Source: an uncultured virus (IMG/VR IMGVR_UViG_3300048135_000646)
Lineage: Duplodnaviria; Heunggongvirae; Uroviricota; Caudoviricetes
Strand: one strand, 5' to 3'
IMG/VR virus record: IMGVR_UViG_3300048135_000646
DNA: 64,000 bases
Below are positions 29,401-39,107 of the stretch, one piece after another. The notes under the pieces are model-generated. The model made no database searches. It was given only the letters and a program-made list of their open reading frames with translations, and was not told the origin of the DNA. The translations under genes were made by a program, and so were the position numbers. Positions within the stretch are counted from its first letter, which is position 1; each line of letters begins with the position of its first letter.

Positions 29401-32400
29401 AGATTTTAAATTTACAGATACTAATGATAATTGGACACCACAAGTTCGTATAGGGGCTCAAGTAGGTCAAGACGCATCTGCTGATAGTCAAAACACAGAA
29501 GGTGCCGGTGCATTTGTAGTGTATACGGGAGATGGGTCAAGTACATCAGGTACATTAAATGAATCACTTAGAATTAGTTATGATGGGGACGCCACAATAC
29601 AAGGTACATTATCGGCATCAGGTTATAATGATGGTAATTGGAATACCGCTTATGGATGGGGTGATCATTCACAGGTAGGGTACCTTACATCATATAATAA
29701 TGAGTATACAACAGGTGCAACATTTAATGGGTCAAACGGTATTATCACTTTCACTAGAAATGATGGTGATACATACACTCTAAATATTAGTAGTACTTTA
29801 ACAGATATAAATGTTACTGGTGGTACATATAATGACTCAACTCAAACGTTAACACTTAATAAATCTAATGGTACTAGTGTAGATGTTACGGGGTTTGCAG
29901 TAGATACCGTACTTCATACAACAGGAGCCACCTTTAATAGTGGTAATGGTGTTGTGACTTTTACTAAGAATGGTGGAGACACGTATACCGTGGATTTAGA
30001 TGGAAGATACCTTACATCATTTACAGAAACTGATCCAATATTTACAGCCCATGTGGTTTATGACATTACGTCAACTCAAATATCAAATTGGGATACAGCA
30101 TATGGGTGGGGTGACCATTCACAAGCAGGTTACTTAACAACATATAATGATGAGTACACAACAGGAGCTACCTTTAACAATGGTAATGGTGTGATCACCT
30201 TTACTCGAAACGATGGGGACACATTTACTGTTGATATTGATGGTAGATATTTAACTTCATTCACAGAGACGGACCCAATATTTACGGCATCACCTTCAGC
30301 TGGGATTACAGATACTAATATTTCAAATTGGAACACCGCATATGGATGGGGAGATCACGGAAGTGCTGGATACTTAACAAGTTATACTGAGGTAGATACA
30401 TTAGATAGTGTGACCACTAGAGGTGCAACTACATCAAACGATATTACTATATCACATGATAGTACACCAAAACTTATTATAACAGATACGACTAATAATT
30501 TAACAGGTCAGGTGAGGGTTGCGAATAGCTACATGTATGTTAATGTCGATAGTTCTGATAGTGTTAATTCAACAAGATTGGTTTTCCAAACAGATGGGGT
30601 CACAGCACTATATTTAAATGGTAACCAACAGGCGTACTTCTCGAGTGATGTAGATGTTAGTAGTGGTAATATTGATATGGGAACAAATATCATTACCGAT
30701 ACTAAAGTTGGTCAATGGGATACTGCTTATGGATGGGGTGACCATTCACAAGCGGGATACCTAACAACATATAATGATGAATATACCACAGGTGCCACAT
30801 TTAATGGTGGTAATGGTATAATCACATTTACAAGAAACGATGGAGATCAGTATACTGTTGATATTAGTAGTACTTTAACCGATGTTACGGTGACGGGGGG
30901 TACATATAATGATGGTACACAAACACTAACATTGACAAAGAGTGATGGTGATACTGTGGATGTGACGGGATTTGCAATTGAATCAGTTAAATTTACGACA
31001 GGGGCTACGTTCAACGACAGTAATGGAATAATTACATTTACTAATAATGATAATACGACATACACTGTCGATATTGACGATAGGTACTTACAGTTAGGTG
31101 GAGGAACCCTTACAGGTAATTTAACACTTAATAGTACTAATCCTGAAATCCTATTTAACGGAACATCGGACGCTGGTGTTGATATGGCAATTAAAGCAAC
31201 ACCCGAAGGTTTAGATTTTTATGAACCCGAAGATGGTAATAAAATACATTTCCAAATATTAGATGATGCTGGTGTAAATTCAACATATGGGTATAAAGTT
31301 GGAAATACGGTAGTAATAAATAGTAGTCGAGTTTTATCTAATGTGACAGGTAACATATCGATGTTTACCAACGATTCTAATTATCTCACATCATTTACAG
31401 AAACAGATCCAATATTTACAGCATCACCTTCAGCCGGAATCACAGATACAAATATTGATAATTGGAACACAGCATATGGATGGGGTGACCATTCACAAGC
31501 GGGGTACCTAACAGCACATCCAAATATATCCGCGGCGAGTTCCTCGAATAATGGTGGTAGAACCTACATTCAAGACATATTACTCGATAGTAATGGTCAT
31601 GTTACAGGTTTGACTACCGCAAGTGAATCCGTGGTAAATACAGATGAGTATACGACAGGTGCTACATTTAACACAGGAACAGGAGTTATAACATTTACAA
31701 GAAATGATGGTGATACATACACTGTAGATATAGATGGTAGATTCTTAACAAGTTTTACAGAGACGGACCCAATATTTACAGCATCACCTTCGGCTGGAAT
31801 TACAGATACAAATATTGATAATTGGAACACAGCATATGGGTGGGGAGATCATTCACAAGCGGGATACGTAACCTCAAGTGGAAATACTGTCATAGGTACA
31901 GATCAAGACATAGATACATCAGGTTCTTATGTTGTTAACCAATTAACAATGACTGATGGTGTAATAACAAGTCACTCTACAAGACAATTGTCACAATTAA
32001 AAATACCAGATACACGAACAGCAGAAAAATCACCTAATGACTATACTTCACAACATCTTTCATTAGATTTTACAGATGAATTCGGTTCTTTAGGTTCATG
32101 GTATAGTGGAATAACATTAAAAGGTTGGACAGGCACATATGCGGCTTGGCAATTAATATCGGAAGCGGATAGTGGTATTGGAGATACAAACCTATACTTT
32201 AGACAGGGTAATGGTACTACATGGCAATCTATGAGAACCGTATGGACAAGTGCTAACTTTGCCGACAACTCTTCAAATTGGAATACAGCATATGGATGGG
32301 GAGATCATTCACAAGAAGGTTATTTAACCTCTTATAATGATGAATACACAACAGGTGCAACTTTTAATGGTACTAATGGTATAATTACATTCACAAGAAA

Positions 32401-35179
32401 TGATGGAGACACATACACAGTAGACATCAGTTCAACACTTACCGATATAAATGTCACTGGTGGTACATATAATGATTCGACCCAAACATTAACACTTAAT
32501 AAATCAAATGGTAATAGTGTGGACGTAACAGGATTTGCGGTCGATACGGTTTTACATACAACAGGTGCAACATTTAATAGTGGTGATGGTGTTATAACTT
32601 TCACTAAAAATGGTGGAGACACATATACTGTTGATCTTGATGGTAGATATCTTAGATCATACAGTGAAACAGATACATTAGATAGTGTAACCACTAGAGG
32701 TTCAACCACAAGTAATGATCTGACAGTTGGTGGATTAACAATATCCGACACATTCCCTTATTTAGATTTCGTAGATACTAATAGTTTTACGGACCCTGCC
32801 GATAGGTTTAGAGTTAGAGCGGGTGGGAATAATGGTATGATTCAATGGTCTGATTCTTCAGCAGGAACAACAACCACTTTAATGACTTTCCTACCTGATG
32901 GTAAGATAACTATGGGTAATGGTATACAATTTACTGCCACTGGTGGTATTGATATGGGAAGTAATACCATAACTGACGTTAAGGTTGGTCAATGGAACAC
33001 AGCATATGGATGGGGAGATCATTCACAAGCAGGTTACTTAACTTCACAGGACGATGATTTACCAATCGGAGGTGGAACTTTAACGGGTGGATTAACCATT
33101 GCAGGGTCTGTAGATTCAGGAGCTAGTGACATGGGTTATTACCAAAGTGCGGGTACTAACTTAATATTAAAAGGAGATAGTGTAGGTAGAAGTGGAATAT
33201 TCTTTGAGTCAGAAAAAGACGGCACAAATATTAATGATCCTTCAGATTATGGTTTCATACAATTTCATTCATATGGTTATGGTAACACATCAGGTGAGGC
33301 AAACAACTTAATAATAGGAGTTTCTAATGACTCGACAGATAAGTTAATACTTCAAGCACCGTACAATGGTGGTGTAATGATAGGGTATAAAGGTGCAACA
33401 AGTGGTACAGGTTTAACACTAAGTGAGGTTATACATAGTAATTCATCTTCTTATAATAATGGAAATTGGGATACAGCATATGGATGGGGTGATCATTCAC
33501 TTGCTGGATACACAGGTGATCAAGATTTGAGTGGTTATTTATTAAACAGTACAGACACATTTGTAGGAGCATTATCAATCAGTGGAGATATAAGAGGTAC
33601 GGGACAACAGTTAATATTGAATGCTGGTGAATCTTACGCTTACGCGGCAGGACAGACAAATGAATATGTTTACATCAATGCGGAACAAGGTCTTGAAGTT
33701 AATTCAGAAACAGGTAATTGGACAGGTGGATGGGCGGCAAGAAAAACCGCACTACTTAGAGGAGATTTACTTAGGTTAGATGGAGAAGATCTTACCAAAA
33801 CTAATATTCAAAACTTCAAGACAGCATATGGTTGGGGAGATCATAATGGTGTTTACCTCCCAATAGCCGGTAAGGCCGCAGATTCGGATAAATTAGATGG
33901 TATTAATTCTTCAGAGTTTTTAAGAAGTAACGCGAATGATTCTTTCACAGGTACCATAACAATGGCTACTCAGAAGGCGTTAGTTGCAAATAACTACGGT
34001 CGAGGTGTATATGGATTGTACTCCGCAACGAGATACCAACACGTATGGTCGATGGGTACTGCTTATAACCTCTCCGATGACGGTACAACTTCAGGTAATT
34101 TATATGGTTTAGCGTTTACACATACAAATGTTGGTGGACAATCTAAAGATGGTTTAGCACATCAACTACTGATAATGGATAACGGTGTTACTAAATCCGC
34201 AATAGGTCGTGGTATATGGACAGATGGTACCATTACAACTACGAATCACGGAACCTCTGAGAAATGGAATGATGCATATGGATGGGGCGATCATGCGAGT
34301 GGTGGTTATTTAACATCGTCATCAACCCTTAATGCAAGTAATATGACCACAGGTACATTACCTGATGTGTTTAGTAGCAGTACGAGGTACAATATTGGTT
34401 TAATTGATGGTAACGGATCTCAAACAAGGGATAAAATTAGAGTTTGGACGAGTGATCAATATACCATCGGTATGAAGAGTGGATATCAATTTGGTCATCT
34501 CGGTAATAATTACGCGATGTCATTCCAAATGAATGCAGATGCGGACAGAGGTTTTTGGTGGGGAACAGATGGTGATTCTGATAACCAAGGTGCAATGGCA
34601 CTTACCACTGATGGTAGAGCGAATATTAAAAAATCTTTATCTATTGGTCAAGGAAACACAACTACACCGTCATCGACACCATTATACGTTGAAGGTACAA
34701 CTGCCGGGGCAACAGTATTTGAGGTACATGGAACACAAGGACCACTATTTTCGATATCGGATGATATGACGGGTGATATATTTGAGGTTTCAGATATATC
34801 GGGAGTCCCAATCTTAACGGTTAATGCGTCAGGTACAGTTACGATAGATGATACTCTACATGTTAAAGGTGATGTAATTGCATACCATTCATCGGATGAG
34901 AGACTAAAAGACAATATTAAACCAATACTTAATCCACTTGATAAAATTAAACTGATCGGTGGTTATGAGTTCGATTGGAATGAACAATCTAAGAACGAAG
35001 GTCACGATGTCGGTGTCATTGCACAAGAAATTGAGGAGGTACTTCCTGAATTGGTTAGTACGAGAAATGATGGTTACAAAGGTGTTAAGTATGAAAAAAT
35101 TACAGCATTGTTAATTGAAGCAAATAAAGAACTCCTAAATAGAGTAGAAGAATTAGAAAAAAAATTAACTGAAAAATAA
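26471..35179 (+). CDS. giant modular tail fibre with C-terminal peptidase S74 intramolecular chaperone
   Basis: N-terminal GELSMNTTDGKIF; 13 AYGWGDH repeats; SSDERLKDNI...GVIAQEIEEVLPELV...VKYEKITALLIEA. Confidence 0.88.
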   Translation: MGQTVKLRRSAISGKIPINSQLLLGELSMNTTDGKIFLSKSGSNGPSVEEVIITNTQNFGNIDLVGDLTATNISSSFIGDGSGLYNIPASGVTGLSLDRIASSTSTASIDADGLHINTDTTVTGSLTATEFTGSGLGLTDVPIKISGSDAGSTSIDSTFTRIKFDDSTGIKISGTTGGDAVVFLSGVAAESESSEGRTAKLEVTSATSTWTLNHNLNEKHPSIEVFDSNDEVIIPQKIEATSVNQVVVSFASPQTGTVTATVGGGLPTIESGYTDRVLSVDSNGIATWKTGILSGSIDFSTLVDTGSFNTYTSSNDNTNSDQNGRLDSLEEFTSSIDDTYATDTDVTTLRTDLNTYTSSTDGRLDSLETTSGSHDGRLDSIESITSSHNSRLNSLETTSGSHDGRLDSIESKTGSFLVSNDLSTIEGKIGSLETTSGSHDGRITDLETFETKVDTGLEFTGSNVTIKGNLLVKGTETRVDSTTVDIDDNILSLNGSGAANAGIEVRDTESPGVLSGSLIYDTGDNTWKAGIKGSEERLLINSDLTTLDGRLDSLESTSGSHEDRIDRIEISTSSLNSFTSSINTTIKNKLNTDGVISGSVQIDHDATTNYESNEHIDHSTITIGSGKGLTGGGTIDTSRSLTLNTGSNHFLDGVKSKLNTETVVSGSAQIDITGTTNYNLVDGRLDSLEEFTSSIDDTYATDNDVTDLRNDLNSYTSSNDDTNSTQNGRLNSLETTSGSHDSRLDSIESNTGSYLTSYNDEYTTGATFSTSNGVVTFTRNDGDQYNVDLDGRYLTSFTETDPIFTAHASYDITSTQISNWDTAYGWGDHSQAGYLTAYNNEYTTGATFNGSNGVITFTRNDGDQFTVDLDGRYLTSFTETDPIFTASPSAGITDTNIDNWNTAYGWGDHSQAGYLTSYTESDTLNSVTTRGANTVNNITTGIHTINKTTSTSGTQGTTLLELVNNVGGDLSQQQTFIDFKFTDTNDNWTPQVRIGAQVGQDASADSQNTEGAGAFVVYTGDGSSTSGTLNESLRISYDGDATIQGTLSASGYNDGNWNTAYGWGDHSQVGYLTSYNNEYTTGATFNGSNGIITFTRNDGDTYTLNISSTLTDINVTGGTYNDSTQTLTLNKSNGTSVDVTGFAVDTVLHTTGATFNSGNGVVTFTKNGGDTYTVDLDGRYLTSFTETDPIFTAHVVYDITSTQISNWDTAYGWGDHSQAGYLTTYNDEYTTGATFNNGNGVITFTRNDGDTFTVDIDGRYLTSFTETDPIFTASPSAGITDTNISNWNTAYGWGDHGSAGYLTSYTEVDTLDSVTTRGATTSNDITISHDSTPKLIITDTTNNLTGQVRVANSYMYVNVDSSDSVNSTRLVFQTDGVTALYLNGNQQAYFSSDVDVSSGNIDMGTNIITDTKVGQWDTAYGWGDHSQAGYLTTYNDEYTTGATFNGGNGIITFTRNDGDQYTVDISSTLTDVTVTGGTYNDGTQTLTLTKSDGDTVDVTGFAIESVKFTTGATFNDSNGIITFTNNDNTTYTVDIDDRYLQLGGGTLTGNLTLNSTNPEILFNGTSDAGVDMAIKATPEGLDFYEPEDGNKIHFQILDDAGVNSTYGYKVGNTVVINSSRVLSNVTGNISMFTNDSNYLTSFTETDPIFTASPSAGITDTNIDNWNTAYGWGDHSQAGYLTAHPNISAASSSNNGGRTYIQDILLDSNGHVTGLTTASESVVNTDEYTTGATFNTGTGVITFTRNDGDTYTVDIDGRFLTSFTETDPIFTASPSAGITDTNIDNWNTAYGWGDHSQAGYVTSSGNTVIGTDQDIDTSGSYVVNQLTMTDGVITSHSTRQLSQLKIPDTRTAEKSPNDYTSQHLSLDFTDEFGSLGSWYSGITLKGWTGTYAAWQLISEADSGIGDTNLYFRQGNGTTWQSMRTVWTSANFADNSSNWNTAYGWGDHSQEGYLTSYNDEYTTGATFNGTNGIITFTRNDGDTYTVDISSTLTDINVTGGTYNDSTQTLTLNKSNGNSVDVTGFAVDTVLHTTGATFNSGDGVITFTKNGGDTYTVDLDGRYLRSYSETDTLDSVTTRGSTTSNDLTVGGLTISDTFPYLDFVDTNSFTDPADRFRVRAGGNNGMIQWSDSSAGTTTTLMTFLPDGKITMGNGIQFTATGGIDMGSNTITDVKVGQWNTAYGWGDHSQAGYLTSQDDDLPIGGGTLTGGLTIAGSVDSGASDMGYYQSAGTNLILKGDSVGRSGIFFESEKDGTNINDPSDYGFIQFHSYGYGNTSGEANNLIIGVSNDSTDKLILQAPYNGGVMIGYKGATSGTGLTLSEVIHSNSSSYNNGNWDTAYGWGDHSLAGYTGDQDLSGYLLNSTDTFVGALSISGDIRGTGQQLILNAGESYAYAAGQTNEYVYINAEQGLEVNSETGNWTGGWAARKTALLRGDLLRLDGEDLTKTNIQNFKTAYGWGDHNGVYLPIAGKAADSDKLDGINSSEFLRSNANDSFTGTITMATQKALVANNYGRGVYGLYSATRYQHVWSMGTAYNLSDDGTTSGNLYGLAFTHTNVGGQSKDGLAHQLLIMDNGVTKSAIGRGIWTDGTITTTNHGTSEKWNDAYGWGDHASGGYLTSSSTLNASNMTTGTLPDVFSSSTRYNIGLIDGNGSQTRDKIRVWTSDQYTIGMKSGYQFGHLGNNYAMSFQMNADADRGFWWGTDGDSDNQGAMALTTDGRANIKKSLSIGQGNTTTPSSTPLYVEGTTAGATVFEVHGTQGPLFSISDDMTGDIFEVSDISGVPILTVNASGTVTIDDTLHVKGDVIAYHSSDERLKDNIKPILNPLDKIKLIGGYEFDWNEQSKNEGHDVGVIAQEIEEVLPELVSTRNDGYKGVKYEKITALLIEANKELLNRVEELEKKLTEK
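28927..34300 (+). repeat. dispersed WxTAYGWGDH / TTGATF..GVITFTRNDGD / TETDPIFTA coding repeats
   Basis: 13 AYGWGDH copies counted in the translation. Confidence 0.9.
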
Positions 35180-35754
35180 TGTCAAGTAGAAGAGGACCGA
35201 AAACAATTAAAGTTGATGAATCAATGATAGATTCAATTACACTTAAAAACACAGACCAAACCTTTGGTGGTGACGTTGATGGTCAGTTTGTGTTCGAGGG
35301 ATTTAAAACGGTTTCGGGGTGTGATAATTCTGCGGTTTATATCCGATTAAAAGATCCTATTGATTGGAATATGATATCGTGTAGATTTACTATTAATGGA
35401 TATGCGTCTTGTTGGTCATTTAACAGTAGTAGTGGTTATGGACCAGGTCCTTATGACGGTAATTTACATAGTTATGATCCGAGTAAAAATGATTTTTTTT
35501 CAGAAAGTAGATCAACTAATTCGTGGGGACATACACAGTTTCAATCACACAGTAGAGTATATGCGTGTGACAATAATAGTAATAATTTCTACCACAGTGG
35601 ATATCATTTAGGGGATCCTAAAATTTTTATAATGAAGAGAAGGAGAAACTTAAATGGTGAACTTGCTGGCATTTATCACTCAACAGCATGTCAAGGTAGT
35701 GGAACGGGTCACAATGTAAAAATAAGTGATATTAATATTTGGTACGAAGAGTAG
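35179..35754 (+). CDS. hypothetical tail-fibre-associated protein
   Basis: TAATG-coupled to the fibre gene. Confidence 0.7.
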   Translation: MSSRRGPKTIKVDESMIDSITLKNTDQTFGGDVDGQFVFEGFKTVSGCDNSAVYIRLKDPIDWNMISCRFTINGYASCWSFNSSSGYGPGPYDGNLHSYDPSKNDFFSESRSTNSWGHTQFQSHSRVYACDNNSNNFYHSGYHLGDPKIFIMKRRRNLNGELAGIYHSTACQGSGTGHNVKISDINIWYEE

Positions 35755-35755
35755 T

Positions 35756-35968
35756 ATGAAAACAGAAACATATATAAAAAATGGTATTACTTATAATGTA
35801 ATAACAAATGAAGAAACAGATTACTGTACACAAGAAGAGAAAAATCAAAGAATTTCCATATGTGAAACATGTGAGTTTTTTGATGAAGGTATTTGCACTC
35901 AGTGTGAGTGTATAAGTGAGACCCTAACATTATTAAAGGACACAACATGTCCTAAAAAAAAGTGGTAG
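35756..35968 (+). CDS. small Cys-rich protein (DUF6171-like)
   Basis: R..ICETC...CTQCEC...CPKKKW; ATG 35756 preferred. Confidence 0.65.
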   Translation: MKTETYIKNGITYNVITNEETDYCTQEEKNQRISICETCEFFDEGICTQCECISETLTLLKDTTCPKKKW

Positions 35969-35971
35969 AAT

Positions 35972-36865
35972 ATGAGTATGACATTTGGTAATGATGGATT
36001 TGGTTTGTGGAGAAACGGAGATTTTAAAAAGGGTAATGTAGATAATTTTAATATGGGATCGTACAGAGCTAATGGGGGACCAGTCATAAATGGTGTCGAT
36101 CAACCATACGTCCATATAGTTGGTGGTAGTGGTAGTGGATTTATCAGTTCAGATTTTCTCGAGGTTGATACTTCTGAAAACTACAAATTAATTGTTTATG
36201 CAAAAACCTTCCAACCCGGCAGTTCAGGTAATAATGCTGGTGGTCATATCGGTTTTGCATGTTATGACAAAAATAAAACATTTATTGATTTAAGAAATTG
36301 TGGGGATGTTGGAAACACATACTTATCAAGAGCGGCGACACCTGGTGACAGTTCAATATATATAACAACACCCGATGGTTGGTATCAAGGTTCTGACGTA
36401 ACAAATCATACATATTACTTTAGACAAATACTCTTCTTTCCTGCAACACATCCTGATTATGGAATACCACATGAATACACAAGGTTTAATGGTATGAGAT
36501 ATAGGTCGTTAACTCAAACAGGTTCTGGTGATTGGGAAATGGTATTGGAGAATGGTACACTTCCCGATTATGGATATTCATTACCCGTAGGAACACCTGT
36601 AAGTAGAGGTGTTGCGGGTGGGACTTATAATTATGCGTTAGGGGCACCAATATATCCTACAACATGGACAAGATATTCCACAGGTTTATTTACGGGTGAA
36701 AATAGAAACAGTGGAACACCTTTTAGGTATAAAACAAAGTATGTGAGATTTTTATGTCTTAGAAATTATAGTAGAAGATCAGAATCACCACAAGACCACG
36801 AATGGGGTCTTAGTAGGATTTTCTTTGGTAAATCAACTAATGGTAGAGAATATAACAATATTTAG
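35972..36865 (+). CDS. hypothetical tail-associated protein, possible carbohydrate-binding fold
   Basis: G/Y-rich beta protein, IGFACYD, TKYVRF. Confidence 0.65.
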   Translation: MSMTFGNDGFGLWRNGDFKKGNVDNFNMGSYRANGGPVINGVDQPYVHIVGGSGSGFISSDFLEVDTSENYKLIVYAKTFQPGSSGNNAGGHIGFACYDKNKTFIDLRNCGDVGNTYLSRAATPGDSSIYITTPDGWYQGSDVTNHTYYFRQILFFPATHPDYGIPHEYTRFNGMRYRSLTQTGSGDWEMVLENGTLPDYGYSLPVGTPVSRGVAGGTYNYALGAPIYPTTWTRYSTGLFTGENRNSGTPFRYKTKYVRFLCLRNYSRRSESPQDHEWGLSRIFFGKSTNGREYNNI

Positions 36866-36867
36866 AT

Positions 36868-36969
36868 ATGGAAATAGTAAACGAGACTGAAGAAATAATT
36901 AACGGAAATAAACTTATTATTACTGAATTTAGTAATGGTGAGGTAATTATAACCGAAGAAAAAATATAG
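36868..36969 (+). CDS. 33-aa acidic peptide (not in track)
   Basis: MEIVNETEEIINGNKLIITEFSNGEVIITEEKI*; fills the gap between neighbours. Confidence 0.5.
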   Translation: MEIVNETEEIINGNKLIITEFSNGEVIITEEKI

Positions 36970-36971
36970 AA

Positions 36972-37199
36972 ATGGGAATAATACCAGCAACAGGAAGTGA
37001 GGTTAGTATGGGGAGAATATCAAGAGCTCTCGGAACTACTAGTGCGTATCCTCCACCTGCTGGTTCAAACATTAAACTTAATGGTACTTTGGGTATCAAC
37101 AGAAGTAATGCAATTACAAACATATCAAACATTGTCTCAGGATCCTCAACGGAGGAGTCAGGTGATTTTGGAGGATTAGACACACCGAACACTTATTAA
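36972..37199 (+). CDS. small fibre-associated protein
   Basis: MGIIPATGSEVSMGRISRALG resembles N-termini of small phage fibre-tip proteins. Confidence 0.6.
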   Translation: MGIIPATGSEVSMGRISRALGTTSAYPPPAGSNIKLNGTLGINRSNAITNISNIVSGSSTEESGDFGGLDTPNTY

Positions 37200-37249
37200 C
37201 CTTTAAAAACTAAGTTATTTTATTTATATTAAGTTATATACATAAAAAA

Positions 37250-37696
37250 ATGAAACTTAGATTCAAAAACAAACTTTCGAAATATGAAACTCTCTATATT
37301 AAATGGGAGGGTGTACAGTACGATCGTAAAATCCTAAGGAGATTCGTTAGACGATTTAAGTGGGTTAAATTCCTATCAATATTCAGTACCACTTATAAAA
37401 AAGAGTTGGAATTTATGGTCAATATCATAGATCACTACGGTAGGGTTAAAATATTTAACCTACTAAGTAATGATGAAACAACTTCAAGATTATCCCACAT
37501 TGAAAGATTGTCAAGGAATGGATCAATAGAAATACTAACCTCAGGATCGTACAACACAAACACATATAAACAAATAAGTAACCTACCAAAGAGTGATTTT
37601 GATTTGGTTACTAAGAGAGTACAGGAACTCATAAAAATAGGACAATCTGTCTATGTTCAAAATGATGGATTGGGAGAAAACTTACCAGGAGATTGA
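37250..37696 (+). CDS. hypothetical protein
   Basis: ORF track; TATTTATA at 37221-37228. Confidence 0.7.
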   Translation: MKLRFKNKLSKYETLYIKWEGVQYDRKILRRFVRRFKWVKFLSIFSTTYKKELEFMVNIIDHYGRVKIFNLLSNDETTSRLSHIERLSRNGSIEILTSGSYNTNTYKQISNLPKSDFDLVTKRVQELIKIGQSVYVQNDGLGENLPGD

Positions 37697-38334
37697 AATC
37701 AAAGAATAACTCATCAATATGGATAAATCAACCTAAAAGAATATCCATTGTTGTCCCTACAAGGGACATGGTCCATAGTGGTTTTGCATTTTCATTAACA
37801 CAACTAATAAAAACTTCTGAAAATGCGGGAATTGAAACTTTTCTATTCTTTAATTCGGGTTCCGTCTTACTAAATCAAAGGGAAAAATTAGTAAGATCAT
37901 CAATGGAGGTTGAGTCCGAATATATATTATGGTTAGATAGTGACATGACATTCCCATCAACTACATTATTAAGACTACTTTCACATGATAAAGAAATAGT
38001 CGGGTGTAATTATAAAAAAAGATCTAACCCACAGACACCTGTTGCGTATAAAGAAATTGGTAATTGGGATAGTTGGGTTTCTTTAGACGAAGAAAAGGAT
38101 CTTGTTGAAGTTGAGGGTGTTGGTATGGGTTGTATATTAATAAAGACAGACTTATTCAAAGAAATTAACAAACCTTACTTTGAATTCACATATAATAGGG
38201 AAACAGATGATTGGTTAGGTGAAGATTTTAACTTATTCACTAAGTTTAGAAATATTGGTAAAAATATATACATAGATACCAATTTGAGTAGAGAAATAGG
38301 ACATTTAGGAATTTACAAGTTTGGTTTAGGTTAG
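37693..38334 (+). CDS. GT-A fold (GT2-like) glycosyltransferase
   Basis: IVVPTR, ILWLDSDM, GMGCILI, GEDFN, IGH. Confidence 0.8.
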   Translation: MKSKNNSSIWINQPKRISIVVPTRDMVHSGFAFSLTQLIKTSENAGIETFLFFNSGSVLLNQREKLVRSSMEVESEYILWLDSDMTFPSTTLLRLLSHDKEIVGCNYKKRSNPQTPVAYKEIGNWDSWVSLDEEKDLVEVEGVGMGCILIKTDLFKEINKPYFEFTYNRETDDWLGEDFNLFTKFRNIGKNIYIDTNLSREIGHLGIYKFGLG

Positions 38335-38336
38335 AC

Positions 38337-38365
38337 TTGTCTTTTTAGTATATTTTCTTTATATT
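38337..38365 (+). promoter_or_regulatory. putative promoter TTGTCT-N17-TATATT
   Basis: Intergenic, exact 17-nt spacer, before ATG 38373. Confidence 0.55.
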
Positions 38366-38372
38366 AATACCT

Positions 38373-39107
38373 ATGGAGAACATAGGTTTCGGAATTATGT
38401 GCTTCGGTGATGATAAATACTTCAAAGGAGCAAAGGATATTATAGACAATCTCACTAATATGGGGTTTCCTTGTTATGTACTTACCGATAATGAAAATCA
38501 CTTTTTAGAGAAGTATTGGGGAAGGATAACCATAGTTCCTTATAAGAGAACATACAAATCATATTATGATAAGGTTCTTTTAGTAAAAGAAATTCATAGA
38601 GTTCACGACGTATGTATCTTATTAGATGCTGACCTATACGTCAAAGATTACAATTTATTTGAGAGATTCAGAAATTACAACTTCAAAGACGGTGTTTCAT
38701 ATATAGATACCTTATGGAATCATAGTGCGAAATTTAAAACTGTAGGTGATATTCCAATGCAGGGAGATGAATGGTTAGAGTATAAAAATTATGCTAAATC
38801 GTTATATCCTAATATAGATAACTTAGAAACACTTTGGGAATATTTTATTGTATTCAACAAAAGTGGTTTTAAAACTAATGATTTTTTTAAATCATATGAG
38901 AAATTACAAATAGTGAAAGAATATTGTGATTTAAGGTATAATAAAGATGTTTCTGGTGCTGGTGAAGGGGTGTCCGTGTCTATTGCATGTAAATTGAATC
39001 AAATACCCATACAAAAAGATTTAAAATTGGTTTCATTAACAAGAAATGTGTTAAAACCCATTACAAGACATACACCAAGTAGAGAAATACCTCATCACTT
39101 AAAATGA
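38373..39107 (+). CDS. putative GT-A glycosyltransferase
   Basis: YVLTD, YYDK, ILLDAD (DxD). Confidence 0.6.
   Translation: MENIGFGIMCFGDDKYFKGAKDIIDNLTNMGFPCYVLTDNENHFLEKYWGRITIVPYKRTYKSYYDKVLLVKEIHRVHDVCILLDADLYVKDYNLFERFRNYNFKDGVSYIDTLWNHSAKFKTVGDIPMQGDEWLEYKNYAKSLYPNIDNLETLWEYFIVFNKSGFKTNDFFKSYEKLQIVKEYCDLRYNKDVSGAGEGVSVSIACKLNQIPIQKDLKLVSLTRNVLKPITRHTPSREIPHHLK

Noticed and set aside
28927..34300. Repeat plus unique-insert pattern resembling a CRISPR array or integron cassettes
   Set aside because: Repeats are in-frame coding, vary at synonymous sites and are irregularly spaced; no cas or integrase genes in the window
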